In this document: positions 58,736 to 64,000 of the stretch, piece by piece
How positions within the stretch are numbered: the stretch's first letter is position 1
Layout: every line of letters begins with the position of its first letter
NCBI GenBank assembly: GCA_030390025.1
Contig: CM059432.1
Location: forward strand, 22,322,001-22,386,000
Reading direction: 5' to 3'
Source of the DNA: Squalus acanthias
Lineage: Eukaryota
DNA length: 64,000 nucleotides
Made by a program: the position numbers and the translations under genes
Notes under the pieces: model-generated
Seen by the model: the letters and a program-made list of their open reading frames with translations, nothing else
What the model was told of the DNA's origin: nothing
The model's database searches: none

Positions 58736-59572
58736 AGATTATCGTTATACTTACATTTTATTTACAACAGAGTAGTGCTTCTGCCACGAGGCAGTACACT
58801 CCACCCATCTGTTATTTTACTGACTTAAAGGCTGAAGAGTATTGTGGCTCCACAGAGACTTCTCAGACTTTTTCAGTGCAAAATATGTTTGTACATTTTT
58901 TATTTTGAATTAGTACAGAATTTTCAAAAGTTGGTTTTGCAATATTACAGCCTTGTAATATGCTTATGAAGGTTTTTCTTCGTGGCACAGAAAATATGGC
59001 TTATTTAATAAGTCTGGGAACATCATTCTAAAGCTTTATATTGAGTATTGCATTCAGTTCTGGTCACCAAGCACAAAACAACATTCCAAGCCCTGGAAGC
59101 GGTGCAGAGAATGGCCACTGAATCCCTAGAATTGGAGGGCTATATAATGAGGAAAGGTTAGAAAACTTGAGGACTTCAACTTTGAAAGGCAATGAATGAG
59201 AAGTAACCTTATGGAGGTATATCAGATACTGAATAGAAGATAAATGCTATTTCAAGCTATCTCAAAATCAACATGGGGACAAGGTGTGTCTGAGAAGGCC
59301 AATAAGTGTCTCGCTTTATAAATTACAGATTTCTGTTGCAGTGTCTCAGTTGCTAAGTTCATTGCCCAGTCAGCAGCTGACCCATACAGAACAAAAAGAT
59401 CCCAGGTTTGATACCCGGTCTGTATTCAGCTAGTTTATCTTTAATAGGGTGATCGTAGGTTTGTAACAATTGGATAGAGGGAGGACATTTAGCTATTGTT
59501 CTTGTTCCTGATCAATGGTTAGTTGCTCCTCTTGGTAGATGCCAGAAGAAATAGAATACAACTCAACTATAC

Positions 59573-61465
59573 AAAAGCAAAATACTGCGGATGCTGGAAA
59601 TCTGAAACAAAAACAGAAAATGCTGGAAATACTCAGCAGGTCAGGCAGCATCTGTGGCGAGAGAAGCAGAGTTAATGTTTCAGGTCGATGACCTTTCGTG
59701 AGAACTGGAAAAAGTTAGAGATGTAACAGATTTTAAGCAAGTGCAGGAGCAGGGAAAGGCGGGGAGGGCAGGAAAGAACAAAAGGAAAGGTCTGTGATAG
59801 GGTGGAAGGCAGGAGAGATTAAATGACAAAAGGGAGACATTCCCTTTTGGGGCGCTAAGTGAAAAATGTTTGAGAAGTCAGGTGCTAACTTTTTCAAACA
59901 TTTGAGAAATTCCCATTTATTTGCTCCAAGAGGGTAGTGGGGCGCTAAATCAAGCGCTCCACTTGGCTCTTGGAGCACAAGAGGCGGGGAATGTCCTGAT
60001 CCGAGGTGAGGTGCTCAGCAGCGCCACAAGTGGCCATGCGTGGCGCTGCCGCGTTGCAGAGTCTCTCCCCTCAATTAAAGGGAAGGGCTCCCGGCTGCGA
60101 GCTCTGCATTTTTTTGGGCATCTGCTGGAGCACTGGGGCGCAGGAGTGCCGCGCGATCAGCTGAGTGCCGGGCTGACCAATGGCGGCACTCAGCACGTGT
60201 CCGGTGCTCAGATTTTTTTTTATTTCGGCGATTTCTTTCATGTCGGCCGGCCACCGCGCCTTTAAGTTGCGTCCCGTGAGCGGCCGGCCTCATTGTTCAC
60301 GACCCCTGCAGCAGTCGGTAACATCGCTCAGCGCTGCTGCAGGGACACGAGGAGCAATTTTTCTCCCGGGGCTGCGCCCGGAGATGACATCATGATCTCC
60401 GGGCGCAGAAGATCGGGGCGATAACCGGTAGCGCCGCCACTAACCTCCTGCGGAATTTCACCGGAGGCGCGGTTGGGGGCACAAAGCCATTTGTGCCCAG
60501 TTAGCGCCTCCCAGCGGAGACACTAACGATAGGAATTTCACCCCCAAAAGGTATGACAGTGCAAAGCAAAAGGAGATGGTAATGGGACAAGTAAAGAAAC
60601 AAAAGACGAATCTAGAAGAGGTGTAAATAGGTATAGCAGAATCATCAACAGCTGCCATCTGAAAAAATAGGAGCAGAGGTTATGGTCTGAAATTGTTGAA
60701 CTCGATGTTGAGTCCAGAAAGCTGTAAAGTGCCCAACAGAAGAATGAGGTGCTGTTCCTCGAGCTTGCGTTGAGCTTTGTTGGAACAGTGTAAGAGGCCG
60801 AGGATGCTGAGGTCTGTGTGGGAATGGAGTGGAGAATTAAAGTGACAGGCGACCGGAAGCTCGGGGTCACGCTTGCAGACTGAACGGAGGTGGTCCGCAA
60901 AGCGGTCACCCAATCTGCATTTGGTCGCCTCAATGTAGAGGAGCCCGCATCGTGAGCAGCGAATACAGTATACTAGATTGCAAGAAGTACAAGTAAATCG
61001 CTGTTTCACCTGGAAGAAGTGTTGGAAGTGTTGCATCTCCTGCGCTTCCACAGGAAGGTGCCGTGGGAAGGGGAGGGGGTGTTGGGTGTGATAGAGGAGT
61101 GGACCAGGGTGTCACAGAGGGAGCAGTCCCTTCGGAATGCTGAAAGGGGAGGTGAGGGAAAAATGTGTTTGGTGGTGGGATCACGCTGGAGGTGGCGGAC
61201 ATGGCGGAGGATGATCCGTTGCATGTGAAAGCTGGTGGGGTGAAAGGTGAGGACAAGTGGAACTCTATCATGGTTCCGGGAGGGGAGGGGTGGGGAAGGG
61301 GTGAGAGCAGAAGTGCAGGAAATGGAACTGACACAGTCGAGGGCCATGTAAACGATGGTAGAGGGGAATCCTCGGTTGAGGTAAAATGAAAATATATCGC
61401 AAGAACTAGTATGGAAAGTGGCCTCATCAGAACTGATGCGACAGAGATGGAGAAACTGGGAGATT
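59573..61465 (-). mobile_element. Penelope-like element 3' part (RT C-terminus, GIY-YIG endonuclease, terminal repeat with a degenerate hammerhead at 59670-59706)
   Basis: SQFLHLCRISSD...RGFP...RVPLVLTFHP; FTCTSCNLVYCIRCSRCGLLYI.ATK.RLGDRFADHL...GLNIEF. Confidence 0.9.
59832..60545. mobile_element. GC-rich Harbinger-type MITE inside the PLE 3' UTR
   Basis: Right end ggaatttcaccccc with aaa flanks. Reverse complement of the 36677-37376 family. Confidence 0.8.
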
Positions 61466-61486
61466 TGGTCACCGACCTGAAACATT

Positions 61487-62060
61487 GGCCGGAATTTTCT
61501 CAAGGGAGGTGGGCTGGGGGCGGGGGGCCTCTGAGGCAGGCGGGAAACCCGGGAGGCCCGACTTTAACGGCAGGGCCTGATTTGAATGTGAGGCCTCGGA
61601 TTCCTGCCCGCAGCCAGTCAAATTGAGAGGCTGGCTGGCTGCGGGCAGGTAGGCCTCAGATGTGAGGGGTCAGTCCAGGGGAGGGGTGGGCGTCGTCAGG
61701 GATCGTGGGGTGTGGGGGGGGGATTGCGGTGTCGGCATGGTCGGGGATGATGGGGGTTTAGTCAGGGATCGGCATGTTCGGGGATCGGTGGGGGGCAGTC
61801 GGGGATCGGCATGGCAGTCTAGAGCAGGGGCAGTATCAGGGATCGTGGGGGGAGTGGGTCGGCCAGGGATCGGGTGGATCGGGGATCGGAAGGGGGTTGG
61901 AGTATCGGCTGGGGAATGTCGGGGATCGTGGGGGATCGGCCGGTGATTAGCGGGGGGGAGAGAGGATCGGAGCCAACCACCAGAGGATTGTGGCTGGCCT
62001 CAGCATCATTGGTGGGGTGGGGTGTAAGCTTCGCAAAATTCCCCAGAAACTCATATAGAA
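61487..62060. mobile_element. Partial MITE-like GC-rich element with a G-rich (gggatcg)-type low-complexity tract
   Basis: Starts ggccggaattttc, like the other MITE ends; no partner end found. Confidence 0.4.
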
Positions 62061-64000
62061 CCCTAAAAGGGGTGAATTTTGGATTTTTCCTACAAATTTG
62101 GGATGATGGGACATAAGTGAAGTGATTTGAGGTAAAAAAAACCCTCAGTTTTGGACATTTTAAAGATCAGGGAAGAAAAACACTGAGGAAAAATGACTTT
62201 TGAAAATGACTATTGGAAAAAAAGCACCTTTGCGAAGGGGTGTGGCGAGGCAGTGGACAGCTTTTGGCATCAAGCTGTCTGGAATTTGTTTGCACTGCAA
62301 TCCAGGCAGGAGGAGGAACCTCACCCAAAACCTCACAACACATCCAAAATTGAATAATTCAAGACACCTTTTGAATATCCCCAGGCCCAAACAGGATGCC
62401 AGAAGCCTGTAAACAATAAAACATCTAGTACAGCCATTACTTCATCAATAAACAATCAGCCAGGTATCTATAGGGACAAGATTTGACACGTAGATAAAGG
62501 CCCTGCCTAAATGGAGACATCAGAAGCCATCAGGACAATTTAACACCAAGTTAAAACCATCAAAACTTAACAAGCCCGCAAAACTAAGACAATGGAATAA
62601 ACAGGCCTCAACTGAAACCTAAATCACTTCAACACGAAACCGATTTAGGAAAGGGGTTTTGGCGCGAAAAAGACAAAGGGCTGGTTTGTCATTGACCCGT
62701 GGAGGTGGGTTTGGAGGCGTGTGGGGGGTTAAAATTGCGAAAACCGGCGGGCGGGCACAAGTCCGCCTCCATCCCGCCTCCACGCAATTTTCATTAAATC
62801 GTGTCTGCTGGTCCCGCCTCCGTCCCGCCTCTAAGAGGCGGGATAGGCTGTTAAGGCCCTTAACAAGCACTAAATTGCCTCAATAATGCCATTTTGAAAG
62901 GCCTTTGTGATTTTAACCCTTGTTCTACTTGAAGCACGCCTGTTCTGAACCACGAATGTGAAACCTGGCGGGAGCACATTTGGATAGCTGACTATGGCTG
63001 GCCAGGTTTCACATTTGGCTGGCTGGCTATGGGGATGCATATATGGATAGCTATGTGGATGGATGGAGAGGAGACATATCTGGGAGTGGTGGTGTAAAAA
63101 TATCTGGGAGCAGACTTAGGACTGCTGCTGCTCATTTTGCGGGTCCTCTCACAGCAAAGGCCAGGCAGTCTTTGAAGACCTTCAATGCAGCAGCAATGAT
63201 GACATCATCAAAGGCGACTTTCAGACTGAAAACACTAATTGGTTCATGGGTTCCCACATGCTGGAACTCAATTACCCAATTAGGTGAAAATTGTATCAAT
63301 CTCCCACATCCAATTGCAGTCGGGTGGATAACACGAAAAGTGGATGACACGACCCCAACCCGCCCCAGTATCAAAATCCAGCCCAAAGGGTCTGAACAGT
63401 ATAATTGAGGGCCTAAACCCCTAAGAAACTCTCTCTCAGCTCTGTTCCAGTTGCAGCAAGTTCCAGCAAGACACTACCAGCCACACGACACGAGCAGGAG
63501 GAGGAGAGAAGCAGCAAGGCCACGAGGCAGACCCGGGGCGAGATCGGAGGCAAGGACAGACTAGGCCAGGCAAGGGCTAGAGCTGAGGCCACTGGGAGCG
63601 AGTCGGCATCGCTCAGCACACGGTCTAGCACTAGCAGCCACTAGCCAAGGTCACTGGAGGCTGGGAGCGAGTCGGCATCGCTCAACCCACAGTCCAGCCC
63701 CAGAAGGTACCGCCCCGACAAGCCTCCAACGCAACAAAACTCGACGACCAGACCACCATCGCAGATTTCACAGACCGGTACCACGTGGGGACGGCAGGCC
63801 CCAAAGGACAAAAAGAGAGTACCTCAAAATCGCAATCAACTTACCTGGCTGGATTTCGCACTGTCAAAACCCCTGTTTGGTGAGCATTATCCCTGATCTC
63901 CTGAAACCAAAACCTTGCTAGATAGTGGGATTTTTGGGAGGGATAAGGGTTTTTCGTATATTGTCATTCTCCCTCGCCTGTGCCGTGTGTTCCCCAACCT

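Noticed and set aside
63846..63901. Minus-strand micro-exon with consensus splice sites
   Set aside because: It lies in a transposon-like GC-rich region at the window edge, and similar gtaagt motifs recur inside MITEs here; it cannot be assigned.

Overview
Eukaryotic, repeat-dominated vertebrate DNA. It is most consistent with a cartilaginous fish (shark); this is inferred from Deu-domain SacSINE1-like SINEs and the mix of CR1, L2, RTE, Penelope and Harbinger elements. Most of the window is nested transposon debris: CR1 LINEs (one very young, with an uninterrupted 906-codon ORF2 and a perfect 196-bp flanking duplication), a near-full-length RTE LINE carrying three nested insertions, L2 3' ends, Penelope-like element (PLE) fragments, a degenerate Gypsy provirus, two long solo LTRs, Harbinger transposase and Myb/SANT pseudogenes, and many GC-rich Harbinger-type MITEs with 3-bp TSDs. 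No host gene can be named; only a few low-confidence candidate exons are visible. The most interesting signal is a family of ~175-215 bp non-coding, hairpin-shaped insertions with TSDs that carry intact minimal hammerhead-ribozyme motifs (retrozyme/PLE-like mobile RNA). Other notable observations are the 196-bp TSD, a SOX-motif cluster in a solo LTR, a bipartite RTE-derived non-autonomous element and a CR1 snippet patched into an RTE. All calls come from reading the sequence; no database search was run, and boundaries of old repeats are approximate.
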